From Acidobacteriota bacterium (GTDB lineage Bacteria; Acidobacteriota; UBA890; WLXD01): DNA of 64,000 nt. Below are positions 1 through 10,039 of this stretch, one piece after another. The first letter of the stretch is position 1. The number at the start of each line of letters is the position of its first letter. The notes beneath the pieces were generated by a model that saw only the letters and a program-made list of their open reading frames with translations, did no database searches and was not told the origin of the DNA. Both the position numbers and the translations under genes were made by a program. The DNA lies in contig CAXWPL010000005.1 of assembly GCA_963666215.2 (NCBI GenBank), forward strand, positions 1,152,001 through 1,216,000, written 5' to 3'.

Positions 1-1
1 T

Positions 2-361
2 GGCCCTCTCGACGACGCCGAATGGCGCGTAATGCGGCAGCACCCGTCGATCGGGCACGAGATCTTGCGCGGCATCGAGTTCCTCGAGCCTTCGCTCGAG
101 CTGGTGCTGCATCACCAAGAGAAATTCGACGGAAGCGGCTACCCCACGGGCCTCGCGGGCAACGAGATCCCACTTTCCGCGCGCGCCTTCGCGGTGGTCG
201 ACGCCTGGGACGCGATGACCCATGCGCGTCCATATCGCCAGCCGATGTCGGCCGGCAAGGCAACCGCTGAGTTGATCCGCTGCGCAGGCAGCCACTTCGA
301 CCCACAGGTGGTCGACACGTTCTTGGAGATGAAACGAACCGAAGGTGTGCTCTCCATCTAG
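2..361 (+). CDS. HD-GYP domain phosphodiesterase, C-terminal part (5' end outside window)
   Basis: HHQEKFDGSGYP..L.G..IPL.AR..AVVDAWDAM and G.HFDP motifs of HD-GYP; frame open from window start. Confidence 0.9.
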   Translation, partial: GPLDDAEWRVMRQHPSIGHEILRGIEFLEPSLELVLHHQEKFDGSGYPTGLAGNEIPLSARAFAVVDAWDAMTHARPYRQPMSAGKATAELIRCAGSHFDPQVVDTFLEMKRTEGVLSI

Positions 362-383
362 TGGGCAACCCCGGCGAGCAGCG

Positions 384-1679
384 TTGAGCGGCGCGCCGCG
401 CGAGATGGCGCCCCGGCGAGAGCTGTTTGCCTGGTGCACGTTCGACTTCGCCAACTCCGGCTACACCACCGTCATCATCACGGCGGTTTTCAACGCCTAC
501 TTCGTTGCCGTTGTAGCCGAAGGGCGTCCCGAAGCGACCTTCCTCTGGACGCTCGCATTGGCCGTCTCGTACACGCTCGTGCTGGTGAGTGCCCCCGTGG
601 TTGGCGCCATCGCCGACTTCTCGGCAACCAAGAAGCGCTTTCTCGCCTGGACGACCTCGCTCTGTGTTCTATCGACGGCGGCGCTCTATCTGGTCGGCCC
701 GGGCGATCTGTGGCTTGCGGCGGTGCTAATCATCCTTTCCAACACCTTCTACGCCGCCGGTGAGAACCTCATCGCCGCCTTCCTACCGGAGCTGGCACCG
801 CCGGAAGATCTCGGACGGCTCTCCGGATACGGCTGGGCCTGGGGCTACGTCGGCGGGCTGCTCTCGCTCGGTCTTTGTCTCCTGTACCTCCGCTGGGCAG
901 ACAGCAGCGGTATCGCCACCGTCGACGCGGTACCGGTCACCAATCTGATTGTTGCCGCGCTCTTCGGGCTGTCGGCGCTGCCGACCTTTCTGTGGCTGCC
1001 GGAGCGCAGCAAGCAAGCCACGCTCGGCAGCGCCTCGAAGTATGTGGCGATGGGATTCGCGCGCCTGCGCAACACCTGGCACGAGGCACAGCGATTCGCC
1101 GACCTGCGCCAGCTGCTCGTTTGCCTGTTCACCTACCATTGCGGGATCAATGTGGTCACGACGCTGGCGGCGGTCTTCGCCCAGCAGACGCTCGGCTTCA
1201 GCACCGAGGAAACCATCCAACTGGTGCTCGTGGTCAACGTCAGTGCCGCGGCTGGAGCCTTCGTGTTTGGCCCGATCCAGGATCGCATCGGATCGAAGAA
1301 GACGATCGCCATCACTCTTGTGCTGTGGACGATCACGGCACTTGGCGCGGCGGCCGTACAGAACAAGTGGCAGCTGTTGGTCATCGGCAACCTGGCCGGC
1401 CTGGCGATTGGTTCGAGCCAGTCGGCGGGGCGCGCGATGGTGGCACTGTTCGCGCCGGCCTCGAAGACAGCCGAGTTCTTCGGTCTGTGGGGCCTGGCGA
1501 TCAAATCGTCGTCGGTGGTCGGACCGCTGACCTATGGACTGCTCACGCTGCTGACGGGCTCTCACCGGCTGGCGGTGGTCGTGACGAGCGTTTTCTTCAT
1601 TGTCGGGCTCGTGCTGCTGCGCCCCATCGACGAGGCGCGCGGACGGCGCGCCGCACTGGCCTACGACGAAGCCGGCTGA
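384..1679 (+). CDS. MFS transporter, UMF1/Atg22-like
   Basis: W..FDFANS.Y motif, about 12 hydrophobic segments, EFFGLW motif; start uncertain (345/384/405). Confidence 0.85.
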   Translation: MSGAPREMAPRRELFAWCTFDFANSGYTTVIITAVFNAYFVAVVAEGRPEATFLWTLALAVSYTLVLVSAPVVGAIADFSATKKRFLAWTTSLCVLSTAALYLVGPGDLWLAAVLIILSNTFYAAGENLIAAFLPELAPPEDLGRLSGYGWAWGYVGGLLSLGLCLLYLRWADSSGIATVDAVPVTNLIVAALFGLSALPTFLWLPERSKQATLGSASKYVAMGFARLRNTWHEAQRFADLRQLLVCLFTYHCGINVVTTLAAVFAQQTLGFSTEETIQLVLVVNVSAAAGAFVFGPIQDRIGSKKTIAITLVLWTITALGAAAVQNKWQLLVIGNLAGLAIGSSQSAGRAMVALFAPASKTAEFFGLWGLAIKSSSVVGPLTYGLLTLLTGSHRLAVVVTSVFFIVGLVLLRPIDEARGRRAALAYDEAG

Positions 1680-4600
1680 TCGCTCGGCTGGAGGACCGGC
1701 GCGGTAACGCGTCGCGACCGCTCGTCGACGCAGTAGCGGTTCTTTCCCGACGTCTTGGCGGCGTACATGGCCTCGTCCGCGCGTCGAACCAGGTCCTCGT
1801 GGAGCTCTTTCGAATAGCGCTCGGGCGTACCGACGGCTGCCACACCCACCGAAATCGTCACCTGGGCGCGCGCCCCGTTGAGCTGCAGCCGCGTCCGCTC
1901 CACGTCGGCACGGATCTTCTCGGCCAGGAGGCTGGCACCGTTCACTCCGGTGTTCGGCAGCATGATGGCGAACTCCTCGCCGCCGTAACGCGCGGCCAGA
2001 TCGCTGGCGCGCACGCCATAGGCCAGACGCGCGGCGATGCGGCGCAGCGCCTCATCACCTGCGGCGTGACCCAGCCGGTCGTTGATCAACTTGAAGTTGT
2101 CGAGATCGATGACTAACACCGACAGCACCCCGCTCGCGCCAAGGCGCGACATGCGCCGCAGCTCGCGCTCCAGGTTCTCCATGAAAAAGCGACGGTTCGG
2201 CAGGTTCGTGAGCTCATCGGTAGTCGCCATGCGCTCGAGCAAAGCGTTCTTTTCGACCAGCTCGCGTGTTCGCCGATCGACCATCTCACGCAACCGCAAC
2301 CGCTCTTCCTCGACGCTGCGAACGCGACGCGCCACCCAGGCCGCAACCAAGCCCAGCGCGAGCAACACACCCAGTCCACGGAACCAGGCCGTTTCGTGGA
2401 GCGCCGGACTTGACTCGAAGCTCACCTCCGCGGGCACCGCGCTCCAGATCCCGTCGGGCGATATCGCCTGCACCTGCAGCGTGTAGTCGCCCGGCGCCAG
2501 GCCGGCGAAGCTCACCCCCACCTCACGACTCGGGCTCGACCAGCGCTCCGAGCGCCCCAACAGCCGGTAGGAGTAACGCATGCTCTCCTGATCGCGGAAT
2601 GACAGCGCTCCAAACTCCACGCGCACGTCGTTGACATCGGGAGACAGCTTCAGCGCATCATCACCGGGCCGCCACGCTGCCATCTCGCCATCCACGAAAA
2701 CCGCGCGCACCAGTACCTTCGGGGCGGCCGACACCGACGGCCCACTCTGGTCGCCTTGGAAGAGCGCAAGTCCCCGCGGTGTGCCAAACCACAGGCCCCC
2801 ACTGGAGTCGCGTAGTCCTGCTGCCGGGTTGCCCGCGCTGTCGCCAAGCCCGTCTTGCAGATCGAAGTGCGTGAGCCCCACTTGTGGGTCCCAGCGATCG
2901 AGGCCGCGATTGGTGAACAGCCACACCCGGCCGCGGCTCCCCACAACAACCTGATGGACGAAATCGTTGGCCAGCCCGGAAAGCGCGCGGGTGAGACGTA
3001 CGATCTCCCCGGTGGAGGAAAACCGCAGCGCACCGAGTCCGTTGGTCGCCGCCCACACGGAGCCGTCGTCGCCCGCGGCCAGCGACCAAACGGTAGTGCT
3101 CTCGAGCTCGCTGTCGTCCTCGATTGAAGAGAAGTGCGACCCGTTCTGACGGAAGATGCCCCTCGCCTTGGTCGCAACCCACAGCCGCTGCCTGGAATCG
3201 ACCACCAAGTCGGCAATCCGTACACCGTCGAGATCTTCGCTCCCCGACGGCTTCGTCAGTCGACCAGCGGACAGCAGCGCGAGGCCGGCTGATGTCCCCA
3301 CCCACACGTCGTCACCCGACGCGGCTGCAAGCGCCGTGACCTTCTCGGATGGCAGGCCATCGGCGACGCCCCAACGCTGACGCAACCTCCCGGAGCGGCG
3401 GCGAACGAGGCCTCTCTCGGTGCCGAGGAGCATCGAGCCATCTGGGCGTCCCAGCAGCACTGTCGTGGGCTGCGCCGCCGCGGAGTCGGCTGTGGTTCCT
3501 TCGAGCCCGGGAACCGTGCCCACATCGAAGCCGACCTGATGCGGCGACGCCGTTAGCCGCCTCACACCGCCAGGAGTCGATATCCAGATCGCGCCGGCGG
3601 AATCCTCGGCGACGTCGATGACGGATGGATGCGGCAAACCGTCGGCCAGCGTGAAGTGAGCGAAGTCGCGCCTCGTCAGATGCACCATTCCTTCGTCCGT
3701 GGCCACCCAGATGTTGTCCTCGAGATCGACCAGAAGGGCGTTCGCGAGACTCGACGTCTGACCCGGAACGCCAACGAGCTCCACGCTCTCAAAGCGGCCG
3801 CGATGCCGCCGGACAACGCCTTGACTCGTCGCCAGCCACAACGACCCGTCCGACTGACGCACTGCGGCGCCAACGACTGGCGGTCGCTCGGCGGCACCGA
3901 GCAACTCGCCTCCCCACTCCCGCGCTTGGATCGGCTCGAGCCGATCGCCACCTGGCGAAAGCCTCGCCAGCCCGCCCGCGGACCCCGCCCAGATGACGCC
4001 GGCGTCGTCTTCGACGAGCGCCACGACAGGGGACTGCGCCGCTCGGTCGGATCGGGACATCTCGATTTGGCGAAGACGACTGGCGGAGCGGTCGAGCACC
4101 GCCAAGCCGGCGGAGGACCCCACCCACAATCGTCCGGCCGTATCGAGCAGCAAGGATCTGGCGGGGTCGGAAGGCACGCCGTCGGCGCCCCCCAAGAGGC
4201 GCGCCCCGTCGGCCGTCAGATGCCAGAGCCCTGTCGAAGTCGCTGCCCAGACCTCGCCACCGGGCTCGTCTGTCGCTGAGTCCGAGACCACCAGCGCGTC
4301 CACGCGCCCAACCCCCGACCAGCCAAAGCCGTCTGTCCAGTAGGTCGACGCATCCCGGGCGCTGTCGGACAGATCGCGAGAACCACCGTCGGGCGCTGCC
4401 TCATCACCACCGGCCGAGGCTGCGGCCTCCGCGACCCGTCGGTCGCCCTGTCCCGCCGGCGCAGACAATGCCGAGCGCGGAGCGAAGAGCATCACGTCGT
4501 CGCTCGTGCCCACCACCACGCCGCCTCCCGGAAGCGACGCGAGCGCCCCGACCCGGTTGCCCGGGAGTCCGTCGGCGGTCGTGAAGACGCGGAAGGCGCT

Positions 4601-4783
4601 GCCGTCGAAACGTGCCAGCCCCGCCGTGGTGCCGGCCCATACATATCCCTCCTCGTCCTGCGCGAGCGACAGCACCTTGGGAGCCGGCAGTCCGTCGGCA
4701 GCCCCGTAGGGAGCCGTCGTTGCCAGGCGCGCCGAAGGCAAGCAGACCTGTGGCGGGAAGAATCTTTTGCACATTTTTGACAT
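1661..4783 (-). CDS. Diguanylate cyclase with beta-propeller (Reg_prop) and Y_Y_Y sensor, one TM and a GGDEF domain; N-terminus appears truncated
   Basis: Repeated DGLP...V..L..D..G.LWVGT..GL units, YSYRL/L.PG.YTLQV, TM helix, DELTNLPNRR, RASD I-site, RYGGEEF; no signal peptide. Confidence 0.85.
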   Translation of the reverse strand: MSKMCKRFFPPQVCLPSARLATTAPYGAADGLPAPKVLSLAQDEEGYVWAGTTAGLARFDGSAFRVFTTADGLPGNRVGALASLPGGGVVVGTSDDVMLFAPRSALSAPAGQGDRRVAEAAASAGGDEAAPDGGSRDLSDSARDASTYWTDGFGWSGVGRVDALVVSDSATDEPGGEVWAATSTGLWHLTADGARLLGGADGVPSDPARSLLLDTAGRLWVGSSAGLAVLDRSASRLRQIEMSRSDRAAQSPVVALVEDDAGVIWAGSAGGLARLSPGGDRLEPIQAREWGGELLGAAERPPVVGAAVRQSDGSLWLATSQGVVRRHRGRFESVELVGVPGQTSSLANALLVDLEDNIWVATDEGMVHLTRRDFAHFTLADGLPHPSVIDVAEDSAGAIWISTPGGVRRLTASPHQVGFDVGTVPGLEGTTADSAAAQPTTVLLGRPDGSMLLGTERGLVRRRSGRLRQRWGVADGLPSEKVTALAAASGDDVWVGTSAGLALLSAGRLTKPSGSEDLDGVRIADLVVDSRQRLWVATKARGIFRQNGSHFSSIEDDSELESTTVWSLAAGDDGSVWAATNGLGALRFSSTGEIVRLTRALSGLANDFVHQVVVGSRGRVWLFTNRGLDRWDPQVGLTHFDLQDGLGDSAGNPAAGLRDSSGGLWFGTPRGLALFQGDQSGPSVSAAPKVLVRAVFVDGEMAAWRPGDDALKLSPDVNDVRVEFGALSFRDQESMRYSYRLLGRSERWSSPSREVGVSFAGLAPGDYTLQVQAISPDGIWSAVPAEVSFESSPALHETAWFRGLGVLLALGLVAAWVARRVRSVEEERLRLREMVDRRTRELVEKNALLERMATTDELTNLPNRRFFMENLERELRRMSRLGASGVLSVLVIDLDNFKLINDRLGHAAGDEALRRIAARLAYGVRASDLAARYGGEEFAIMLPNTGVNGASLLAEKIRADVERTRLQLNGARAQVTISVGVAAVGTPERYSKELHEDLVRRADEAMYAAKTSGKNRYCVDERSRRVTAPVLQPSDQPASS

Positions 4784-4900
4784 GCCTAGCCAGGTCCGGA
4801 CATTTTTGGATATTTCCGGATAAGCCTAGTTAAGTTTGGACATGATTATCTATGTAATAATTAGCATGTCTGACTATTATTAATCAATCCGATACCTGGA
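4757..4900. other. AT-rich non-coding island with repeated GACAT/ATGTC motifs, resembling a resolvase res site
   Basis: Sharp AT enrichment versus flanks; GACATG..N20..CATGTC inverted repeat; 28-bp TGTCTGACTATTATTAATCAATCCGATA at 4867-4894. Confidence 0.4.
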
Positions 4901-5056
4901 TGGCTATCGTCGACGAGAAATCTCGTCTCCCGAGGAAGCCGCGCATTCCGTGCAATCGCCGCCCCGTTCTTGCTAGACTCCGGCCGCATCCGAAGCCGCT
5001 GGGCCACACCGGCTCGCGCCACGCCGGCGCAGGCCACCCACGAGAAGCACCGATCG

Positions 5057-6859
5057 ATGACGGCCGCCACACCCCTTCTGTTGTCCCCTCCGCCCTGCAC
5101 CTCACACGCTGCCAGGCGGTCTCCACGGCCAAACCGAGGCGCTTGGACCCGCGGAGCCGCGGCGCTGATGCTCGGATTCGCCGCCCTCGCATGCGCCGAC
5201 CCCGGACCGCCGCCCGATCCGGCCGACCTGGTGTTGCTGCACGGCAAGGTCGTCACGGTGGACGATGAATTGCCGGAGGCGCAGGCAATAGCTGTGTTGG
5301 GCGACACCATCCAGGCTGTCGGCGGCGACGCCGAGATCGAGCGGTACGTCGGAGAAGACACCGAGGTGATCGACCTCGAGGGCAGGCTCGTGATCCCGGG
5401 CTTGATCGAGGGGCACGGCCATCTGATGGGCCTGGGCTCATCGCTGATGAACCTCGACCTGATGGACTCGACGTCGTACGAGGACATCGTCGTGCGTGTT
5501 GAACAATCGGTCGCCGACCTCGAGCCCGGCGCCTGGCTACTGGGTCGAGGCTGGCACCAGAGCAAGTGGGACCGGGTACCCGAACCCGTGGTGCGTGGAT
5601 TCCAGACACACGACTGGCTCAGCGAAGTCACGCCGAACAACCCGGTGTACCTGACGCACGCCAGCGGGCACGCCGGGTTCGCCAACGCCAAGGCGATGGA
5701 GCTGGCCGGCGTGACCCCCGACACCGAGTCGCCACCCGGTGGGGAGATCATCAAGGACGAGGACGGAAACCCCACGGGAATCTTCGTTGAAACGGCCCAG
5801 CGCCTGATTCGAAGCGCGCGTGCGGAGGCCGATGCCGAGCTGAATGAAGAACAACGCTACGAGCGCTCGCGACACGAGCTACGCCTGGCGATCGGCGAAA
5901 CGATCCGCAACGGCATCACGACCTTCCACGATGCAGGCGCGGGCGCCAACACCATCGACCTCTACAAGGACGCGCTCGCGGACGGAGAGCTCGACATCCG
6001 GCTGTACGTGATGCTGCGGGCCGGTGTCGACGAGATGCCCGACTTGCTGCCTCGCCTGCGAGCCATCGGACTCGGCGACGATCACCTCACGGTCCGGGCG
6101 ATCAAGCTCGGCATCGACGGCGCGCTCGGCCCGCGAGGCGCTTGGTTGCTCGAGCCCTACGAGGACGACGTCGGCACCTCCGGCTTCAACACGACACCCA
6201 TCGAGCGCATCGAACGCGTCGCGGCTCTGGCGCTCGAGCACGGGTATCAGCTGTGCGTTCACGCCATCGGCGATCGCGCCAACCGCACCGTGCTCGACAT
6301 CTACGAAGCCGCGTTCGAGGCCGATCCCGAGGCGGCGCGCGACGCGCGCTTTCGCATCGAGCACTCGCAGTTGCTAGCGCCAAGCGACGTACCGCGCTTC
6401 GATGAGATGAACGTGATCGCCTCGATGGAAGGCGTCCACGCCACTTCCGACGGCCCCTGGACCCCCGATCGTCTGGGCCACGAGCGCACCCAGGAACGCG
6501 CCTATCAATTCCGCGCCCTCACCGACTCCGGCGCCATCATCATGAATGGCACCGACGTCCCCGTAGAGCGCATCGACCCGATGGCCTCGTTCGCCGCCAC
6601 CTTCAGCCTGGTCATGAACAACGGCGAGGTTCTCAACGAGTCGCAGCGGTTGACGCGGCAAGAAACGTTACGCAGCTACACCCTTAACGCGGCGTACGGC
6701 GCTTTCGAGGAGGACATCAAGGGCTCCATCACCGTTGGCAAGCTCGCCGATCTGACCGTGTTGTCGGCCGACATCCTTACGGTGCCCACCGAGGAAGTGC
6801 TGAGCGCTCGTGCGCTTTACACCATCGTGGGCGGCAAAGTTGTCTACCGAGCGCAGTAG
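5057..6859 (+). CDS. Amidohydrolase 3 family (YtcJ-like) lipoprotein
   Basis: IDLEGRLVIPGLIEGHGH, DGALG.RGA, VHAIGDRA, RIEH, GKLADL motifs; lipobox ALAC; start uncertain. Confidence 0.9.
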   Translation: MTAATPLLLSPPPCTSHAARRSPRPNRGAWTRGAAALMLGFAALACADPGPPPDPADLVLLHGKVVTVDDELPEAQAIAVLGDTIQAVGGDAEIERYVGEDTEVIDLEGRLVIPGLIEGHGHLMGLGSSLMNLDLMDSTSYEDIVVRVEQSVADLEPGAWLLGRGWHQSKWDRVPEPVVRGFQTHDWLSEVTPNNPVYLTHASGHAGFANAKAMELAGVTPDTESPPGGEIIKDEDGNPTGIFVETAQRLIRSARAEADAELNEEQRYERSRHELRLAIGETIRNGITTFHDAGAGANTIDLYKDALADGELDIRLYVMLRAGVDEMPDLLPRLRAIGLGDDHLTVRAIKLGIDGALGPRGAWLLEPYEDDVGTSGFNTTPIERIERVAALALEHGYQLCVHAIGDRANRTVLDIYEAAFEADPEAARDARFRIEHSQLLAPSDVPRFDEMNVIASMEGVHATSDGPWTPDRLGHERTQERAYQFRALTDSGAIIMNGTDVPVERIDPMASFAATFSLVMNNGEVLNESQRLTRQETLRSYTLNAAYGAFEEDIKGSITVGKLADLTVLSADILTVPTEEVLSARALYTIVGGKVVYRAQ

Positions 6860-6929
6860 CCGCGAGTAGAATGTGTCGATGGAAGACGCTTCAACGCCTC
6901 AGCCGCATGACTCGTCGGAGGGCCCCGAG

Positions 6930-7187
6930 ATGCGCCGCCTGCTCGAGCCGCTCGAGCTGCAGCGCATCATCGAAGCGGCCATCCCCGACTCCCAGGTGCT
7001 GGTCACAGACCTGACGGGCACGCGCGATCACTACCGCGTGGAGGTGGTGTCGCCGGTGTTCGAGGGCAAGCCGCTGGTGCAGCAGCACCAAATTGTCTAC
7101 CGGGCGGTGGGCGATCACATGACGAACGCCGTACACGCCCTGCAAATCAGGACCGCCGCGAAGATTCCCAAAAACAACCTCCCGTAA
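6930..7187 (+). CDS. bolA: BolA/IbaG family protein
   Basis: DHYRVEVVSPVFEGK..VQQHQ.VY...VHAL; GGAGG RBS before ATG 6930; adjacent to Grx4. Confidence 0.9.
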   Translation: MRRLLEPLELQRIIEAAIPDSQVLVTDLTGTRDHYRVEVVSPVFEGKPLVQQHQIVYRAVGDHMTNAVHALQIRTAAKIPKNNLP

Positions 7188-7208
7188 CTCGATACCAGAG
7201 AGCTGAAG

Positions 7209-7586
7209 ATGATCGAAGCCCTGCAAGAGCAAATCAAACAAGAAATCGCCGGTAGCCGCGTGCACCTCTACATGAAGGGCACACCCGACATGCCGCAGTG
7301 CGGGTTTTCAAAGGCCTCCTGCGACGTGTTTCGCGCCATCGGCGTCGACTTCACCGCCACCAACGTTCTCTTGAATCTCGACGGCTATCGAGCGGCGCTT
7401 GGCGCGATGACCAGCTGGCCAACGATTCCGCAAATCTTCGTCGACGGCGAGTTCATCGGTGGCTCCGACATCCTGATCGAGATGTTCCAAAAGGGCGAGA
7501 TCCAGCAGATGCTGGCCACGACGGGTTCGGCGGCTGCCGACACCGAGCAGGCTGAGCCGGAGGCCGCCGCGCAGCCAGCGCACTAA
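7209..7586 (+). CDS. grxD: Monothiol glutaredoxin, Grx4 family
   Basis: LYMKGTP..PQCGFS, WPTIPQIF, GGSD motifs. Confidence 0.95.
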   Translation: MIEALQEQIKQEIAGSRVHLYMKGTPDMPQCGFSKASCDVFRAIGVDFTATNVLLNLDGYRAALGAMTSWPTIPQIFVDGEFIGGSDILIEMFQKGEIQQMLATTGSAAADTEQAEPEAAAQPAH

Positions 7587-7635
7587 GTACCCTGGGCAAG
7601 AGTCTGGAGCCCGAGCCGAGAAACAGAGGCCCATC

Positions 7636-8511
7636 GTGCCGCGGCTGGCCGTCCTACTCGAGGCAGCACGGGCGTTCGGCCTGGCTCTGTTGTCGGCAGC
7701 CAAGCGCTTCTGGGTGCACAACTGCTTCAACGACTGCGCCGCGATCTCTTTCTACGCGATGCTGTCGATTGTTCCCTTCGTGGGACTCGCCACCGCTGTG
7801 GTCACACGGCTGATCGGCCAGCCAGCCTCGGCCATCGGCACCCAGTTGCAGCGAGCTGGCGTGGTGATGCCTGAGTTTGCACCCCAGCTCGACGCCGCCG
7901 TCGATACGATGATGCGGCAGAGTACGAGCATCGGGATTGTGTCGCTCGTCGTCGCCATCTGGTTTTCGGGGCTGGTGTTCTCCTCCGTGCAGACCGCCTT
8001 CGACCGCATCTTCCACACCACCCACCCGCCGATTTGGGGCACCATCAAGCCGCGCTTGGTGGCACTCGGCGCGGCGGTGCTACTGATTCTGGGGTTCTTC
8101 TTCAACACCGCCATGTCGCTGCTGCGCAGCGTCGATCAGCCGACCGCGACGCGCGCGATCACCTTCGTTGACAACCTGCCATATCGCGCCCTGCTGTCGT
8201 CGTTCCTGCTCGACGCGCTGGTCTTCATGGTGATCCTGTACGCGCTGCCACCGCTGAAAACGAGACCGAGATCGATCATCGTCTCGTCGCTCGTGGGAAC
8301 GCTCGGGTGGCGTGCTGCGCGCGTCGGCTTTGGCTACTACCTGGGCTACGCAACCTCACAGATCACGTTCACGGGCTCGGCTGCCGCGGCGCTGATCTTC
8401 ATGCTGTGGATCTACTACGCCGCCTTCGTCCTGCTCTTCTCGGCCGAGCTACTGGCCGCGCTCGATCGCAGCCGGCGAGAGCTGCAGAACGCTCCGATGC
8501 CGGCGATCTGA
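7636..8511 (+). CDS. YihY/BrkB family membrane protein
   Basis: AAISFYAMLS..PF and GS.AA..IFMLWIYY.A.VLL..AE motifs; 6 TM segments. Confidence 0.85.
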   Translation: MPRLAVLLEAARAFGLALLSAAKRFWVHNCFNDCAAISFYAMLSIVPFVGLATAVVTRLIGQPASAIGTQLQRAGVVMPEFAPQLDAAVDTMMRQSTSIGIVSLVVAIWFSGLVFSSVQTAFDRIFHTTHPPIWGTIKPRLVALGAAVLLILGFFFNTAMSLLRSVDQPTATRAITFVDNLPYRALLSSFLLDALVFMVILYALPPLKTRPRSIIVSSLVGTLGWRAARVGFGYYLGYATSQITFTGSAAAALIFMLWIYYAAFVLLFSAELLAALDRSRRELQNAPMPAI

Positions 8512-8554
8512 AGGTGTGACCATGCGGCGGCACGCCGCTGACTGAGAGGTAGCG

Positions 8555-9400
8555 ATGGCGTACCAACATCTGGCCGGCAAAGTGGCTCTCGTTACCGGAG
8601 CGTCGGCGGGCATCGGCCGGGCGATCGCCGTTGAGCTTGCCCGCCGCACCGGCAAGGTGGCGTTGCTGGCGCGGCGGCGCGAGCGACTGCAGGAGCTGGC
8701 AGCGCAGATCGACGGCGTGGGCGGCGAATCGCTCGTGGTCGCCGGCGACGTCACCGATGACAACAGCGTCGCCGCCGCGGTCGCGGCCGTCGTCGACTCC
8801 TGGGGACGAATCGACATCCTGGTGAACAACGCCGGCGCCGGAATGGTGGGGCCCCTCGAGACGGCGCCCGTCGCCGACGCCATGGCTCTCTTCAACCTCA
8901 ATGTCATCGGCGGCCTGCGCACGATTCGCGAGGTCGTGCCGATCATGCGCCGTCAAGGTGAAAGCGCAGGTGGAGGCGCCGGGGCGATCGTGCAGATCGC
9001 CTCGGGCGCGGGCGTCATCGGCATGCCGTTCAATGCCGTCTACAGCGGCACGAAGTTCGCCAACGTCGGCATGGCGCAGGCGCTCCGACTCGAGCTGCAG
9101 AAGACGGGCATCACCGTGCATTGCGTGTACCCCGTGGGCACCGAGACCGAGTTCCTCGAAGCCGCCACGCACCACATGGAGGGCCAGGAGTCTCGCCGCT
9201 TTTTCTCGAGCCGCACCTCAGGCAAGCAAACAGCCGAGCACGTCGCCGTCTGCACGGTTCGGGGAGTTGCCCGCGGAACGGCCGATATTTATCCCTACCC
9301 GCCGGTGCGAGCTATGCGGCTCCTGCAAGGGATCGCCCCGCGACTCACGGAGCGCCTCTCCGGGGTGGTCGCGTACCGCGACCGCCTGGCTGGCGACTGA
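8555..9400 (+). CDS. SDR family oxidoreductase
   Basis: TGASAGIG, NNAG, YSGTK catalytic motif; GAGG RBS. Confidence 0.95.
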   Translation: MAYQHLAGKVALVTGASAGIGRAIAVELARRTGKVALLARRRERLQELAAQIDGVGGESLVVAGDVTDDNSVAAAVAAVVDSWGRIDILVNNAGAGMVGPLETAPVADAMALFNLNVIGGLRTIREVVPIMRRQGESAGGGAGAIVQIASGAGVIGMPFNAVYSGTKFANVGMAQALRLELQKTGITVHCVYPVGTETEFLEAATHHMEGQESRRFFSSRTSGKQTAEHVAVCTVRGVARGTADIYPYPPVRAMRLLQGIAPRLTERLSGVVAYRDRLAGD

Positions 9401-9499
9401 CCCGCTCACGAGCTCTCGTGATGCCGCCCACTCCGAGCCAGGGCTGACTTCCCTCGATCGCGGCTCGACTCCGATCCGCAGCGGAGTCTGCGCCAGTAC

Positions 9500-10039
9500 C
9501 TAGTTGGGCCTGGAGCCCTCGAACGTCACGATCGCGGGCTTCCAGCCCATCGGCTCGGCGGCTATGCCGTGCTCGAGGCTTACGATCTCGGCCCGCTCCG
9601 GCGTGAACTCGATGAGCACGTAGTCGTCGCCGCGGTTGGTGTCGAGATAGAAGGCGTCCCATTCGGGTTTCCAGTGGCTCGCCTTGTCATCGGGGTTGTC
9701 GATGATACGAGCACTGCCTATGAGCGTAACGTAGCCGCCGCCCGCGCGATCGAGGTAGTAGAGCGTGGCCCGCCGGTCGGCGCGGAGTTGGGCGACTTTC
9801 CGTGTGCCGCCGTTCGTTGCCATCCAGACTGTCAGGTCGCTCTCAGGAGGGAACGGATCCATGGCCCGGGCCTTCGGCTGTCCAGATTCGTCGAGCGTGA
9901 TCAGGGCGCAGTTGCCAGCGGCGATCATCACCGCGCGGGTCACGGAAACCAGATCGTCTCGCTGCTGCTGGGGCATCGGGGCCTCCTGAGCCGACAGGCC
10001 AAGGAGTAGGGCCGGTGTCGCGAGCGCAAGCGCGCTCAC
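9500..10039 (-). CDS. Pyridoxamine 5'-phosphate oxidase-like / general stress protein (FMN-binding split barrel), probable signal peptide
   Basis: LITLDESGQPKARAM, VWMAT...TRKV.Q motifs; GTG start overlaps the upstream stop (GTGA). Confidence 0.8.
   Translation of the reverse strand: MSALALATPALLLGLSAQEAPMPQQQRDDLVSVTRAVMIAAGNCALITLDESGQPKARAMDPFPPESDLTVWMATNGGTRKVAQLRADRRATLYYLDRAGGGYVTLIGSARIIDNPDDKASHWKPEWDAFYLDTNRGDDYVLIEFTPERAEIVSLEHGIAAEPMGWKPAIVTFEGSRPN

Noticed and set aside
4813-4840. Chromosomal dif site
   Set aside because: Left arm fits XerC-type consensus but the right arm TTAAGTTTGGA departs strongly from TTATGTTAAAT; kept only as part of the AT-island finding
9406-9488. Three tandem hairpins as a tRNA or ncRNA
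   Set aside because: No acceptor stem, T-loop or CCA; lies between convergent genes, so terminator-like structure is a sufficient explanation
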